From positions 1-31,655 of the IMG/VR virus record IMGVR_UViG_3300035014_000027: a DNA stretch of 31,655 bases. One strand, given 5' to 3'. Position 1 is the stretch's first letter, and every line of letters starts with the position of its first letter. Below are positions 16,449-25,174 of the stretch, one piece after another. Position numbers and translations under genes: made by a program. Under the pieces are notes generated by a model. The model saw nothing but the letters and a program-made list of their open reading frames with translations, made no database searches and was not told the origin of the DNA. The stretch comes from a virus. Its lineage: Duplodnaviria; Caudoviricetes.

Positions 16449-18103
16449 GGGACCCCGGCTCCCGCTGTGGAGGCGTTCGAGGCCTTGATCCGAGAAACAG
16501 CTTGGTTGACCGCACCCGACACTGCAGCCGCCAAGCCTTCCTGCGGCGCACCGTTGACCGTGCTGTTGATCGTGATGTTTCGCTGGTCATTGCCGAAGTC
16601 GGTCTGATTCACTGTCTTCTGCTCGGCCGTCTTCTGCAGCTTGGCGGCGTTCACCTCGGGCGAGAGCATCTTGCGGAAATAGTCGAGCCAGCCGGCGTCG
16701 GGCTTAGCTTCGGCCGGCTTTACGGCTGTTTCGCGGGAACGTCGCATTTCCTCGCGCAGCCCGTCGAGCTTGGCCGGCAGATCAGCCTGCGTTTCGCGGA
16801 TGGCGGTCGTGGGCGTCCGCTGCGGCTGCTTGGCGGGTGAGGTGTCTTTGTCCCGCGCGGGCAGTGGCCGGGGGCGCTCTGGAGGCAACGGCGCAGTCGT
16901 AGGCGTGCCGTAGCGCTTGCGGTACTCGGCGTCCTGCTGCTCGACGAGTTCGCGCTGGGTCTTGTTGCGGATGTCTTGTGGCTTGGCATCGTAAGTTTCG
17001 CGCTCCGCACGGCGGCCAGCCGCCATCGCATCTAGCCGCTGACGTGTCTCGCGGGCGGCTTTCTCACCAACATTCTCGGGGATGAGACCGGTAAATTTGC
17101 CGAACTCAATCAGCTTATCAAGAAAGCTGTTGAGCGGCGGAAGAACGTGCGTTGCGAGAGCGACGCCAATATCAGTCAATCGGTCGGCCGTACCCTTCAA
17201 AAGGGCACTAGCCTTAAGCGCCGCGTCTTCAGCTTGCTTCGCAACATCATCCTTCTGCCCCTCTGACTTGTTGGATGTCGTGGGGAAGAGCCGGGCGGCG
17301 CGCTCGACCAACGCCGGCAGATCCTTCAAAGCGATGCTGTCGAGAAGAACCTTCAGGCGCCCGCTAATGCCGCCGTCTTCGGCCAGCTGGCTCGACTTGC
17401 GGTCCTGCTCGATAGCCTTCTTCCGCAGAGCTGAGGCCTTGCGGGGCGCCTTGCTGGCGATCGCATCGGCCTCGCGACGCAGATTTGCGGCCTGTTCCGT
17501 AGCCCGCTTGTAGGCCTGGAAGATGTCGAGCGCGATCGCGGCGCTATCGCGGCTCTTGCCAGTCTTGGGGTCGACATCGAACGCCTTGTCGATGCCGAAC
17601 CCCTGGAATTTCTTCTTGGCCTCGACGGCGTCGTCCCCGCCTTTGCGGACAGCCTTCGAGATCTCGTCGACGGCGCCGACGACCTTCTTGGCCTCGTCCT
17701 CGAATCCGTCGCCGAAGCCCGCCACCCGGAGGATGTTGCCGACAGTCTCCAGGTTCTGACCGGTCGTGCCGATTTCCTTGGCGGCCAGCGTGAATTCCCG
17801 CCGGGCCCGGGCCGCGCGGACACCGGCGATCACAAAGGCGGTGCCCACGACCGCAACGCCCGCCGCCACCCCGGCCGCCACTGTGATCAGGCGGGCGAAG
17901 ACACCCAAGATGGTGCGCAGCGCAGTCCCAAGACGCGAGACGCCCGTCGCCGCAACAGCGGTGCTCCGGTTGGTCGCCACCAGAACCTTGCTGGTCGACT
18001 GCGCGCTCTTCTTGGTCCGATCGAACTCCTTGCGAGCGGCACGGAGTTTGTTCAGCCCGTCCACCTCAAAGCCGAGGCGGCTGATAAGTTCTTCAATGAT
18101 CAC
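16445..18103 (-). CDS. Tape measure protein (552 aa)
   Basis: IIEEL...LGFEVD N-terminus, Ala-rich helical body with a hydrophobic segment, position between chaperone and Dit. Confidence 0.85.
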   Translation of the reverse strand: MIIEELISRLGFEVDGLNKLRAARKEFDRTKKSAQSTSKVLVATNRSTAVAATGVSRLGTALRTILGVFARLITVAAGVAAGVAVVGTAFVIAGVRAARARREFTLAAKEIGTTGQNLETVGNILRVAGFGDGFEDEAKKVVGAVDEISKAVRKGGDDAVEAKKKFQGFGIDKAFDVDPKTGKSRDSAAIALDIFQAYKRATEQAANLRREADAIASKAPRKASALRKKAIEQDRKSSQLAEDGGISGRLKVLLDSIALKDLPALVERAARLFPTTSNKSEGQKDDVAKQAEDAALKASALLKGTADRLTDIGVALATHVLPPLNSFLDKLIEFGKFTGLIPENVGEKAARETRQRLDAMAAGRRAERETYDAKPQDIRNKTQRELVEQQDAEYRKRYGTPTTAPLPPERPRPLPARDKDTSPAKQPQRTPTTAIRETQADLPAKLDGLREEMRRSRETAVKPAEAKPDAGWLDYFRKMLSPEVNAAKLQKTAEQKTVNQTDFGNDQRNITINSTVNGAPQEGLAAAVSGAVNQAVSRIKASNASTAGAGVP

Positions 18104-18134
18104 TGGCGAGCCTTCCCAGCCCGCCGTCAGCGGG

Positions 18135-18473
18135 TCAGATTATTCCAGCATCCGCGATATCGCGCCGGCGGCCGGCGGCGGCATCAGCGCTCATGCTCGA
18201 AAATGCCAGTGCGCGTGCCGCTTGAGCGCAGGCAGAGCATAATGGCGCATCGAAGATTTTGACGCGGCTTCGATTTTGGAATGCACGGGCACATAACGGG
18301 ATCGGCTCCTGCCATTCTCGAAGGCACTCAGCAGCAGCGCTATCAAACGGCATTGAGACTGGAGACCCTAAGGCGACCCGTGAGACCGGGCGACCATAGT
18401 CGTCCGGCATCGTGTGGACCTTGAGCACCGAGAGTGCCATCAGCACTCCCACGATGACAACCGCGCGCATCAC
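18135..18473 (-). CDS. Hypothetical exported or membrane-anchored protein (moron-like)
   Basis: GGGAGG RBS; MRAVVIVGVLMALSVL hydrophobic N-terminus; less GC-biased codons. Confidence 0.5.
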   Translation of the reverse strand: MMRAVVIVGVLMALSVLKVHTMPDDYGRPVSRVALGSPVSMPFDSAAAECLREWQEPIPLCARAFQNRSRVKIFDAPLCSACAQAARALAFSSMSADAAAGRRRDIADAGII

Positions 18474-18524
18474 AACCTCCCGTTTGCGGCAGGATGCGGT
18501 GGGGAGACAGATTCGGAAAGGGGA

Positions 18525-18794
18525 TTACCGGCCGGGCCGTCCCACCTGCTCCGCCGCCTTCGCTGCGGAATGCTCCCGAAGGTCGAGCAATTCATGCAGG
18601 TTGGCGATGTCGTCGATGTTCAGGCGCGTCTTGATGTCCACCAGCGTGCAGAGTGGCGGATCAGCGATGATGGGCCTATAGAGCCAGGCCCGGTCTTCGA
18701 GGTTCGGCGCGATGGCGCGGACCTGAGAGGCAGAAAGGCTTATGCCGCCCGAGACGCCTTCAGGAGGACCGACCCCGCGCCGTCGGCGAAAAAA
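18525..18794 (-). CDS. C-terminal (-1 frame) extension of the tail assembly chaperone (gpGT-like)
   Basis: Open frame with no ATG running from the slippery T-TTT-TTC to TAA 18525-18527; encodes ...WLYRPIIADPPLCTLVDIKTRLNIDDIANLHELLDLRE... Confidence 0.8.
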   Translation of the reverse strand, partial: FFRRRRGVGPPEGVSGGISLSASQVRAIAPNLEDRAWLYRPIIADPPLCTLVDIKTRLNIDDIANLHELLDLREHSAAKAAEQVGRPGR

Positions 18795-19129
18795 CCGCCG
18801 AACTCCGCCTTGATGGCAAATTGCGCAACCGCGAGGATCTCGGTGACATCCATGATACCGGGCGTCGCATCCATTCCGCCGATCTTGCAGTGCCCGACCA
18901 TCTCCAGGATGAAAGCCTTCACCTCCGGGACATTCATATTCTTGGCGAACTTCAGCAGGCCGATCAGCGCGAGCTTATCGCTTTCGCCTTCATCGGCCGT
19001 CAGCACCGCCTCGAGCAGAGTGTCGCCCTCGCCCAGCAACTGAAGCAGGCGCAGCAGCACATCGAGACCCTGGTCGCCGGGCAGCCGATCATAGCGGACG
19101 GTCCGGTTGTTGATCTTTTTCTCAGCCAT
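18740..19129 (-). CDS. Tail assembly chaperone (gpG-like, 129 aa)
   Basis: Between tube and tape measure; ends EFGGFF with a slippery site. Confidence 0.85.
   Translation of the reverse strand: MAEKKINNRTVRYDRLPGDQGLDVLLRLLQLLGEGDTLLEAVLTADEGESDKLALIGLLKFAKNMNVPEVKAFILEMVGHCKIGGMDATPGIMDVTEILAVAQFAIKAEFGGFFADGAGSVLLKASRAA
18788..18794 (-). promoter_or_regulatory. -1 ribosomal frameshift heptamer T TTT TTC
   Basis: In-frame GGT TTT TTC matches X XXY YYZ; the -1 frame is open. Confidence 0.8.
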
Positions 19130-19184
19130 TTGACTCTCTGAACGGTCGGATTGGATGATCACTCATCAACCAAGCGAGGGGCCA

Positions 19185-19517
19185 ATGAGCGCGGAACTGG
19201 AACAGCGGATCGCGGCTGTCGCGAAAGTCGTTCAGATGCAGGTCGAGGACATTACGAGGCTGCAGCGAGAGAGCCTTCGGATGCACCAACACCAGATCGC
19301 GATCCAACCAGCCTTCGCAGGATTCGCATCTGCGCTTGCCGAGAGGGGCGCGGTGTCCGTCGATGACATCGCGGCTGCAATCCAGCGGATTCGAGCAAGC
19401 GAAGCTTGGCAATCCGGGACTGATGGATCGTTTCAGACCTATCTCGATAAGCTAGAGCAGGCGCTTCTGGCGATCGCGGCTCATAAGCAGCCTCAGCCAG
19501 TTTCCAAAGCTCACTAG
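19185..19517 (+). CDS. Antisense hypothetical protein (110 aa)
   Basis: GAGGGG RBS; MSAELEQRIAAV coiled-coil start; helical. Confidence 0.65.
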   Translation: MSAELEQRIAAVAKVVQMQVEDITRLQRESLRMHQHQIAIQPAFAGFASALAERGAVSVDDIAAAIQRIRASEAWQSGTDGSFQTYLDKLEQALLAIAAHKQPQPVSKAH

Positions 19518-19529
19518 CAAGTTCTGGCG

Positions 19530-19688
19530 TCATCGCTTCCTCGTAACCGCGCGGATGCGATCGCTCTCGCGCGCGTGGTCGATTGCTTCGGAAACGGATG
19601 CGGCCGCGGCTTTGATCTGGCCTCGGACGACCTTGGCGGCAGCATCTTTGAGCGCTTCACGCGCAGCGAGGCAGCGTGCGCATGCCAT
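19530..19688 (-). CDS. Small CxxC protein (52 aa), absent from the ORF track
   Basis: AGGAG upstream; MACARCLAAREALKDAAAKVVRGQIKAAAASVSEAIDHARESDRIRAVTRKR; fits between the two antisense genes. Confidence 0.6.
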   Translation of the reverse strand: MACARCLAAREALKDAAAKVVRGQIKAAAASVSEAIDHARESDRIRAVTRKR

Positions 19689-19746
19689 GGGACGCCGGCT
19701 CCTATCGTCCCGTTGCGCAGCAGCAGCGGATCAGGTTCGATGCGGA

Positions 19747-19950
19747 ATGACCGATAACGACCTCACCGAGCGCCTCGACCGCCTTCAACAGGAGGTCTCG
19801 CAGCTCCGCGATATGGCGATCATGCAGACGGTGATCTTGCAGGCGGTCGCGCTGAAGCTGGGGATCGCGCCCCAGCAGATGCAGGCGATGAGCCCGGTCC
19901 CGATCCCCCCGCCTGCGGACCTATGGGCGAAGCTGGGCCCTAAGAATTAG
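19747..19950 (+). CDS. Antisense hypothetical protein (67 aa)
   Basis: MTDNDLTERLDRLQQEVSQLR coiled coil followed by a hydrophobic helix; stop overlaps the tube gene stop. Confidence 0.6.
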   Translation: MTDNDLTERLDRLQQEVSQLRDMAIMQTVILQAVALKLGIAPQQMQAMSPVPIPPPADLWAKLGPKN

Positions 19951-20399
19951 GCCGCCGGGTTGTAGGAGATATCATTCTCCTGCCAGCAATTGCAGAACAG
20001 CTGCCATTCGCGCTCGGTCGCGGTCGCGCCCCATGACTTCGACGGCTCCTTGATCACCACGGCAGCCGAGCAGCCGCCGCCCTCTCCGGTCGAGGTGTCG
20101 CGGATCGCCACCGCAATGAGCTGCTGCGAGCCCATGCGGACGCGCTTCACGCACTGCTCAAGGTAGGCGTTCATCGCAGAGTTCGGCTGCAGCTTGAGGG
20201 TCAGCGTCGCGCTTTGATCCGCGGTGATCGACACGACTGAAGCGCCATCGACGCCTGTCAAAGCGCTACCGAGATCCGTCTGGCGCTCGAGAGTGACGGC
20301 ATCGTCCCCCTCCCATAGGCCAATGACCTGGCGGCCGTCGACGGTCACGACGACGTTCTGGAAGCTGTAAAGCGTGAGCGGTGCGCAGTTCACGGCCAT
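19947..20399 (-). CDS. Tail tube protein (DUF3277-like)
   Basis: YSF.NV.V.VDG..V.G...GDD, G.DG, TL.L...S..N.YL, REW; follows the sheath. Confidence 0.88.
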   Translation of the reverse strand: MAVNCAPLTLYSFQNVVVTVDGRQVIGLWEGDDAVTLERQTDLGSALTGVDGASVVSITADQSATLTLKLQPNSAMNAYLEQCVKRVRMGSQQLIAVAIRDTSTGEGGGCSAAVVIKEPSKSWGATATEREWQLFCNCWQENDISYNPAA

Positions 20400-20413
20400 G
20401 GGTCAGGCTCCCT

Positions 20414-21838
20414 TCAGAACCGAAGCGTGATCGAGGCCGAGGCGTAGTGGATCGCGCCGGCGTAGCGGAAATTGACCTTGATGTCCGGCGCGATGCGATT
20501 GCGCCGCTGCGAGGTTGGGATGTTCTCAACCCGGTCGACCGCGATCGTGTATTCCGGGACGATCTCGCCATCCGTATCGCCGAAGTCTGCAGCGACGATG
20601 CCCGCCGCGACCGCGCGACGCATCACGCTATCGACGGTGTTGGTCAGGATGCCGACGCCGGGGTTGGTGTAGGGAACCCGGTCGTTGTTCGCCAAGGTCG
20701 AAAGGATCGCCTCCCGCATCCGGGCGACGATCCAGTCCGAGGCATGGATCTCGTCGATGAAGGCGCGAGAACCGACCGTGCCCTCGACGACCATGGGCTG
20801 TCCGCCGATATCGACATAGGCGTTCGCGGCATGGCCCTGCGCGGGATCGACGCCAATGCCCGGCACGAAGCCGGTGACGGCCTGCACGACAGCCGAGCCC
20901 TTGTTGAGGACCGTGATGCCGGCGAGCTTCTTGAACTTGGCAGTGTAGGCGTTGCCGCTGTTGATGTCGCCGCGCTGGGCGGCCAGCAGGTTGCCGCGGT
21001 CGAGATCGCGTGTCGCGCAATAGGCCAGCAGAGCCAGAGCCGGATAAAGCGTCGGGTCGGTGTGGTAGAACACGAACGACCGATCGTAGCCCTTGCCCTC
21101 GATGTATTCGGCGATGGAGCCGCCGAACTGCGGCGACGTTGCGGTGTGCGTGCCGCTCTGCGTGCCCGAGGTGGTGATTGCCGTGCCGCCCGGCGTCGCC
21201 GCCAGCTGGAAGGTGTTGGTGGCCGGGTTGACGACGTAATAGGTCTGGCCCGCGGTCAGCCCGGTCGGCAGCGCGCCGGAGGTTGTGAGGATGACGCGGT
21301 CGCCGGCCTGAAGCGTGTGGCCGGTCCAGGTGACGACGCCGGGGCTCGCCACGCTGATCGTGACGGTCGCGGTCTTGTCCGGCTCGGCTGCGGCGCTCTC
21401 TGTCGAGGTGTCGTTCGAATCCAGGCCGGCCAACACCGGCTTCGTCTCGGCCCAGTCGGCAGCGAGCTGCTGCTGGATGCTGTCGCGGATTTCGGCCGTG
21501 AACCCGAGCCAGTAGAAGTCCGGGTCGGCAGCATAGATCGCGTCGAGCTCGGAGGTGATGGAGTTCGCGACGTTCCGATACCCGATCTTGATCTGTCGCG
21601 GGCGCGGGTTCTGCGCGAACATTGCCTGCGCGGCCTTGTAGGCGGCGTCGCTGGCGTCGAAGTCCGCGCCGACCTCGGTCATGTCGGCATAGAGCTTCGT
21701 TCGATGCGTCGCGTCGAGAATGCCGGCGATCATCTCGGTCTGGACGATCAGCGCCACCGAGAAGCCGGTCGCGACGGCAAAGCGATCCTGGCGCGTCAGC
21801 GTGACATCGACGACGCGGGAATACGGCAGGCGCGTCAT
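20414..21838 (-). CDS. Tail sheath protein (DUF3383-like)
   Basis: SRVVDV, YKAA..MF.Q.PRP, T.KFK.L.GI, N.Y, FIDEIH..DW, VPYT..G, Y.GAIH. Confidence 0.92.
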   Translation of the reverse strand: MTRLPYSRVVDVTLTRQDRFAVATGFSVALIVQTEMIAGILDATHRTKLYADMTEVGADFDASDAAYKAAQAMFAQNPRPRQIKIGYRNVANSITSELDAIYAADPDFYWLGFTAEIRDSIQQQLAADWAETKPVLAGLDSNDTSTESAAAEPDKTATVTISVASPGVVTWTGHTLQAGDRVILTTSGALPTGLTAGQTYYVVNPATNTFQLAATPGGTAITTSGTQSGTHTATSPQFGGSIAEYIEGKGYDRSFVFYHTDPTLYPALALLAYCATRDLDRGNLLAAQRGDINSGNAYTAKFKKLAGITVLNKGSAVVQAVTGFVPGIGVDPAQGHAANAYVDIGGQPMVVEGTVGSRAFIDEIHASDWIVARMREAILSTLANNDRVPYTNPGVGILTNTVDSVMRRAVAAGIVAADFGDTDGEIVPEYTIAVDRVENIPTSQRRNRIAPDIKVNFRYAGAIHYASASITLRF

Positions 21839-21848
21839 GCGCGTCTCC

Positions 21849-22415
21849 TCAGGGTTTGGCGTAGGTGAGAGATCGGGTGGCGGCCTGGCCGCCCTGCCCT
21901 GTGGTGATGACCTCGCCCGTCTCGATGACGTCGACGAGCAGTTGTTCTGTGGCGACGGCGCCCAGCGTGACCTCGACCATTGCCCGGCCCTCCCAGTCCT
22001 GCTGGATCAGCTCCGGCGCGCGCTTGGCTTCACCGACCTCGCGAATGACCAGCGGTGCCATCCAGACGGATGCATCACCGATTTGCAGGCCGGAGCGGAA
22101 CAGCCGGGTCCAATCGAGCGGCCGGGAGGCATAGACGTTGACGCGGAACAGCCACTCGACGCCGCGGTCCTTGCACATGACGACGCGCGGCTCGCCGCTG
22201 ATCGTCGCGTCCCGGTACCGTTCTCCGTTGACCTCTGCGATGTCGCGGTCGGTGATGAACTCGACCACCGCATAGGGGCCGACAGGGCGCGGCGCTTCCT
22301 GGTGATCTTTGCGGATCTCGACCAGGACCTCATGAGTGGGGTCGATCAGCACGGCGTCGGCCGCAAGCTTGGCGAGGTACCGGCAGAGCGTCTTAGACGC
22401 GGCGTCCTCCGTCAT
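21849..22415 (-). CDS. Neck / tail terminator protein
   Basis: Q..PRP..PY, PEL....WE.RA; immediately upstream of the sheath. Confidence 0.75.
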   Translation of the reverse strand: MTEDAASKTLCRYLAKLAADAVLIDPTHEVLVEIRKDHQEAPRPVGPYAVVEFITDRDIAEVNGERYRDATISGEPRVVMCKDRGVEWLFRVNVYASRPLDWTRLFRSGLQIGDASVWMAPLVIREVGEAKRAPELIQQDWEGRAMVEVTLGAVATEQLLVDVIETGEVITTGQGGQAATRSLTYAKP

Positions 22416-22776
22416 GCTCAAGCCTCGCTATGGCGCGGTAGAAGCCCGCCTCGTCGCGGGCCGAAACCCGCGTGATCTTGAAGGTCTGACCGTTTTCGCT
22501 GACGACGCGGTCGGCCTCGGTGCCGGCGTCCTCGTCCGCGGTACGCAGCTCGGTCCGCGTCCAGATTGTCTGGTAGGATTCGACCCGCTCGCCTTCCGGC
22601 AGCTGGCGGATGTCGGCTTCCTTCGGGTCTTGAATAACTGCGCGGATGGGCGTCGAGGTTTCGACGCCCGGCACCCATTCGAAATCGATCGTCGCGCCAG
22701 GCGTCCGCCGCTTCAGAATGGCCGGCCGAGCCATGGCGTCAACGGCAATGCCGGCCAAGCCTCCGAAGAGCGTCAC
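22393..22776 (-). CDS. Head-tail adaptor / stopper
   Basis: I.A.IQ......I.QLPEGERV....IWT..EL, ADRV; synteny. Confidence 0.75.
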   Translation of the reverse strand: MTLFGGLAGIAVDAMARPAILKRRTPGATIDFEWVPGVETSTPIRAVIQDPKEADIRQLPEGERVESYQTIWTRTELRTADEDAGTEADRVVSENGQTFKITRVSARDEAGFYRAIARLEHDGGRRV

Positions 22777-23234
22777 TTGTCGATCTCCCAGGTCACGCTC
22801 TGCCGCATCCTGCCGGTATCGATCAGGGTTCGGGACGAGCCCTTTTGCCGGATTGTCGACGGCGCGTTTGGCGGCGGCGTGTTGGCGGCGATCTGGTCCT
22901 GGATCTTGCCGGCGCCGAATAGCCCGAGCTTGGGCAACTGCGTAGCCAGCGGCGTACCAGCATCGACGGTGTTCTTTGCGATCTTGCGCAGCGCCGCGCG
23001 GATTTCGCGGCGGCCCTTGAACATCGCGATGGTGATGAACGGGCGGGCTGGGATGCCGCGCGAGGTGCCGAAATGGTTCCAGATCGCAATGGAGACGACG
23101 TCAGCGTCGGCCTTGCCTTTCGGGAAGCCGACCTTGACCGCTTTCGGGCCCTGAACGCCCTTCTCGATCTTGGCGATGTGATTGGCGAGGTTGCCGCGCC
23201 GGCGCAGCGTCACCTTCGTCCTGATCGTGACCAT
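22773..23234 (-). CDS. Neck / tail completion protein
   Basis: VKVGF, IA.WN.FGT..IPARPF, PNAPSTI..KGS...LIDTG.MRQSV. Confidence 0.85.
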   Translation of the reverse strand: MVTIRTKVTLRRRGNLANHIAKIEKGVQGPKAVKVGFPKGKADADVVSIAIWNHFGTSRGIPARPFITIAMFKGRREIRAALRKIAKNTVDAGTPLATQLPKLGLFGAGKIQDQIAANTPPPNAPSTIRQKGSSRTLIDTGRMRQSVTWEIDK

Positions 23235-23236
23235 GA

Positions 23237-23641
23237 TCAGACCAGAGCGATGGCAGGCTGATTGCGCCGGAGCAGGCTGACATAGCGGAGGCCGTATGGC
23301 GTACTGGCCAAGCAGCCGGCGGACGAACCACCTCCAGAGGAGCCCCCGGCACCATTGCCGAGCGTAACGTCTACGTCGCCGACCTTCATCTTGGAGACCA
23401 GACCGGCCGCGATGACGCCGGCGCCGGCGCCGAACTGGTCTGCGCCGTAGAGCACGCCGTTCAACGTCATGATGTGCGCGGCCATGTAGATGATGGCCGG
23501 CTTGTAATCAGCCTCGATCCAGGACGTGTCGACGGAAGCCTTCGCCTCGTCGATCGCGTCCTCAACCGTCAGATCGGGCACGCCCGCGAAGGCCGGAATC
23601 TTGGCCTTCAACTCCGCGGGCGTGGGGAGGTCATAGGCCAC
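23237..23641 (-). CDS. Head-tail connector (DUF4054-like)
   Basis: P.F..VPD, Y.AAH, S.KVGDV.V, L.STPYG.RY..L. Confidence 0.85.
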   Translation of the reverse strand: MAYDLPTPAELKAKIPAFAGVPDLTVEDAIDEAKASVDTSWIEADYKPAIIYMAAHIMTLNGVLYGADQFGAGAGVIAAGLVSKMKVGDVDVTLGNGAGGSSGGGSSAGCLASTPYGLRYVSLLRRNQPAIALV

Positions 23642-23645
23642 GGCC

Positions 23646-23855
23646 TCACTCCTTCGGCTTGGTCTCGCGCTTCACGGCCTTGCCGTCGGGACCGGTGACC
23701 TTGAAGCCCTGCCCGACCAGATCGAGCGCGGTGTCGAGGCTGATGGGCATCTCCTTGGAGAGGCCGGCGTCGATCGGCTCCTTGCGGATACCGATCTGTG
23801 CGGAGGCCGCCTCCTTGCCGGGATTTGCGACGGTGTAGAGCGCAGCCTTGGGCAT
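23646..23855 (-). CDS. Hypothetical protein (69 aa)
   Basis: Tightly packed in the operon (3-4 nt gaps), GC3-biased codons. Confidence 0.7.
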   Translation of the reverse strand: MPKAALYTVANPGKEAASAQIGIRKEPIDAGLSKEMPISLDTALDLVGQGFKVTGPDGKAVKRETKPKE

Positions 23856-23858
23856 GGC

Positions 23859-24197
23859 TCAACCCTTCGCCGCGAACTTCGCCTTCTCCTCGTCGGAGAG
23901 AGCATTGAACGCCTCGGCATCCTCCTTCTTCATGGCCTCGCCGACGCGGTTGTCGCCATCCATGATGAAATAGGAGCCGCCGCCGACGTGCTTGGCCTCG
24001 TACGACGGCAGGCCCTGGAATTCGGCAGATTCGGCCGAGGCCTTGCCGTCGATCTCGAACCAGCCCGTCGCCTTGGCGACCCTGAGATCGGCAGCGCCGA
24101 TTTCCAGGTCATTCCGCTCCTCGCCCGGCTCCAGCAGCACAGGGCCGCTGGTCGTGTTGAGGCCGCGAGGGCCCTTCTGCAGGTTCTTCACCTTCAT
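23859..24197 (-). CDS. Hypothetical head-associated protein (112 aa)
   Basis: GAGGAG RBS after the capsid stop; MKVKN...GPRG....G.VLL.PGE. Confidence 0.78.
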   Translation of the reverse strand: MKVKNLQKGPRGLNTTSGPVLLEPGEERNDLEIGAADLRVAKATGWFEIDGKASAESAEFQGLPSYEAKHVGGGSYFIMDGDNRVGEAMKKEDAEAFNALSDEEKAKFAAKG

Positions 24198-24208
24198 GGC
24201 GGGGCTCC

Positions 24209-25162
24209 TCAGATGCCGTCGAGGTAGCGAACGGCCTTGGGCCGACGGATGTCGACACCACCGACACGGAAGATGCCGGGCACGTCGAACCGGATCGGGC
24301 CGGTCTGCCAGGCAGGCATGAAGCGGAAGGGCATGGGGACATGCATCTTCAGCACTTCCGGCGAGCGGCGATAAGCGACCATGCGCTTGGTGGCGCCGGC
24401 GCCTGCCGTGTCGAGATAGCCGAATAGCCCGCGGATCATCAGCGGCTGGCCGGTCAAGCGAGTGTAGATGTTGTTCTCCATGACCCACTGCAGGATCGTG
24501 GTCTGGTTGACCGTGTCGATCCGGCGGGTGGAGAGATCCAGCAGCACTGAATAAGGCAGCAGGATCGTGTCGACCATTTCCGCACCGAGCGTGCCGGTGA
24601 AGGTGCCGGTGATCTGGCCGTTGATATCGCGCAGCACCTGATCCGGCGTCTTGTTGGCGAAGGTCGTGGACGATCCGGTGCCGTCAGCCGGTGCCGTCGT
24701 GGCGGTCGGCGTGGCCGAGTTGACCAGGCCGGTGTAGCCCTTGGCGGCATCACCGACGAAGGCGACCGAGTCGATCTTCTCCTCAGCAACCCGACGCGCG
24801 AGCGTGGCCTTGTCAGCTGTAAGGTTCATGCCGAGCAGCTGGGCGGTGCCGATCTCTTCGAGGTCGTAGCCATAGCCAATCGCGGCCATCGAGACGGTGG
24901 TCTCGAACTTCTCGCGGGTCAGCCCGACCTTCGGGATGTCCTGGGCCTGACCGGCGAACCACTGCGCCTGGCCGACACCGTCCATCGAGAAGTAGGTGAC
25001 GGACTGAATCCAGTCCGGCGCCGACGTGTCGACAGGAACCAGCATTGGATACTGGATTTCCTGGTATTTCATCGCATAGACGACCGGCTCGATGAGCGTC
25101 GCCTGGCGGATCAGGAAGCTGAGCGCGACCTGCTGCGCATCATGCGTGAGGGGCATGTTCAT
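24209..25162 (-). CDS. Major capsid protein (DUF2184-like, HK97 fold)
   Basis: IEP.VY...Y..IQY..LVPVDTS, IGYGY.LEE, AF.GD...G..GL.N, RMVAY...P, GGV.IRRP...Y.DGI. Confidence 0.92.
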   Translation of the reverse strand: MNMPLTHDAQQVALSFLIRQATLIEPVVYAMKYQEIQYPMLVPVDTSAPDWIQSVTYFSMDGVGQAQWFAGQAQDIPKVGLTREKFETTVSMAAIGYGYDLEEIGTAQLLGMNLTADKATLARRVAEEKIDSVAFVGDAAKGYTGLVNSATPTATTAPADGTGSSTTFANKTPDQVLRDINGQITGTFTGTLGAEMVDTILLPYSVLLDLSTRRIDTVNQTTILQWVMENNIYTRLTGQPLMIRGLFGYLDTAGAGATKRMVAYRRSPEVLKMHVPMPFRFMPAWQTGPIRFDVPGIFRVGGVDIRRPKAVRYLDGI

Positions 25163-25174
25163 ATCGGCCGCTCC

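Noticed and set aside
19252-19533. 93-aa minus ORF coupled by ATGA to the 52-aa CxxC gene
   Set aside because: Almost entirely antisense to the better-supported 19185-19517 gene, and its C-terminal half is not protein-like
11631-21838. Tailocin, eCIS, T6SS or gene transfer agent
   Set aside because: Full head and packaging genes plus early genes are present; the contractile tail and gene set do not match RcGTA
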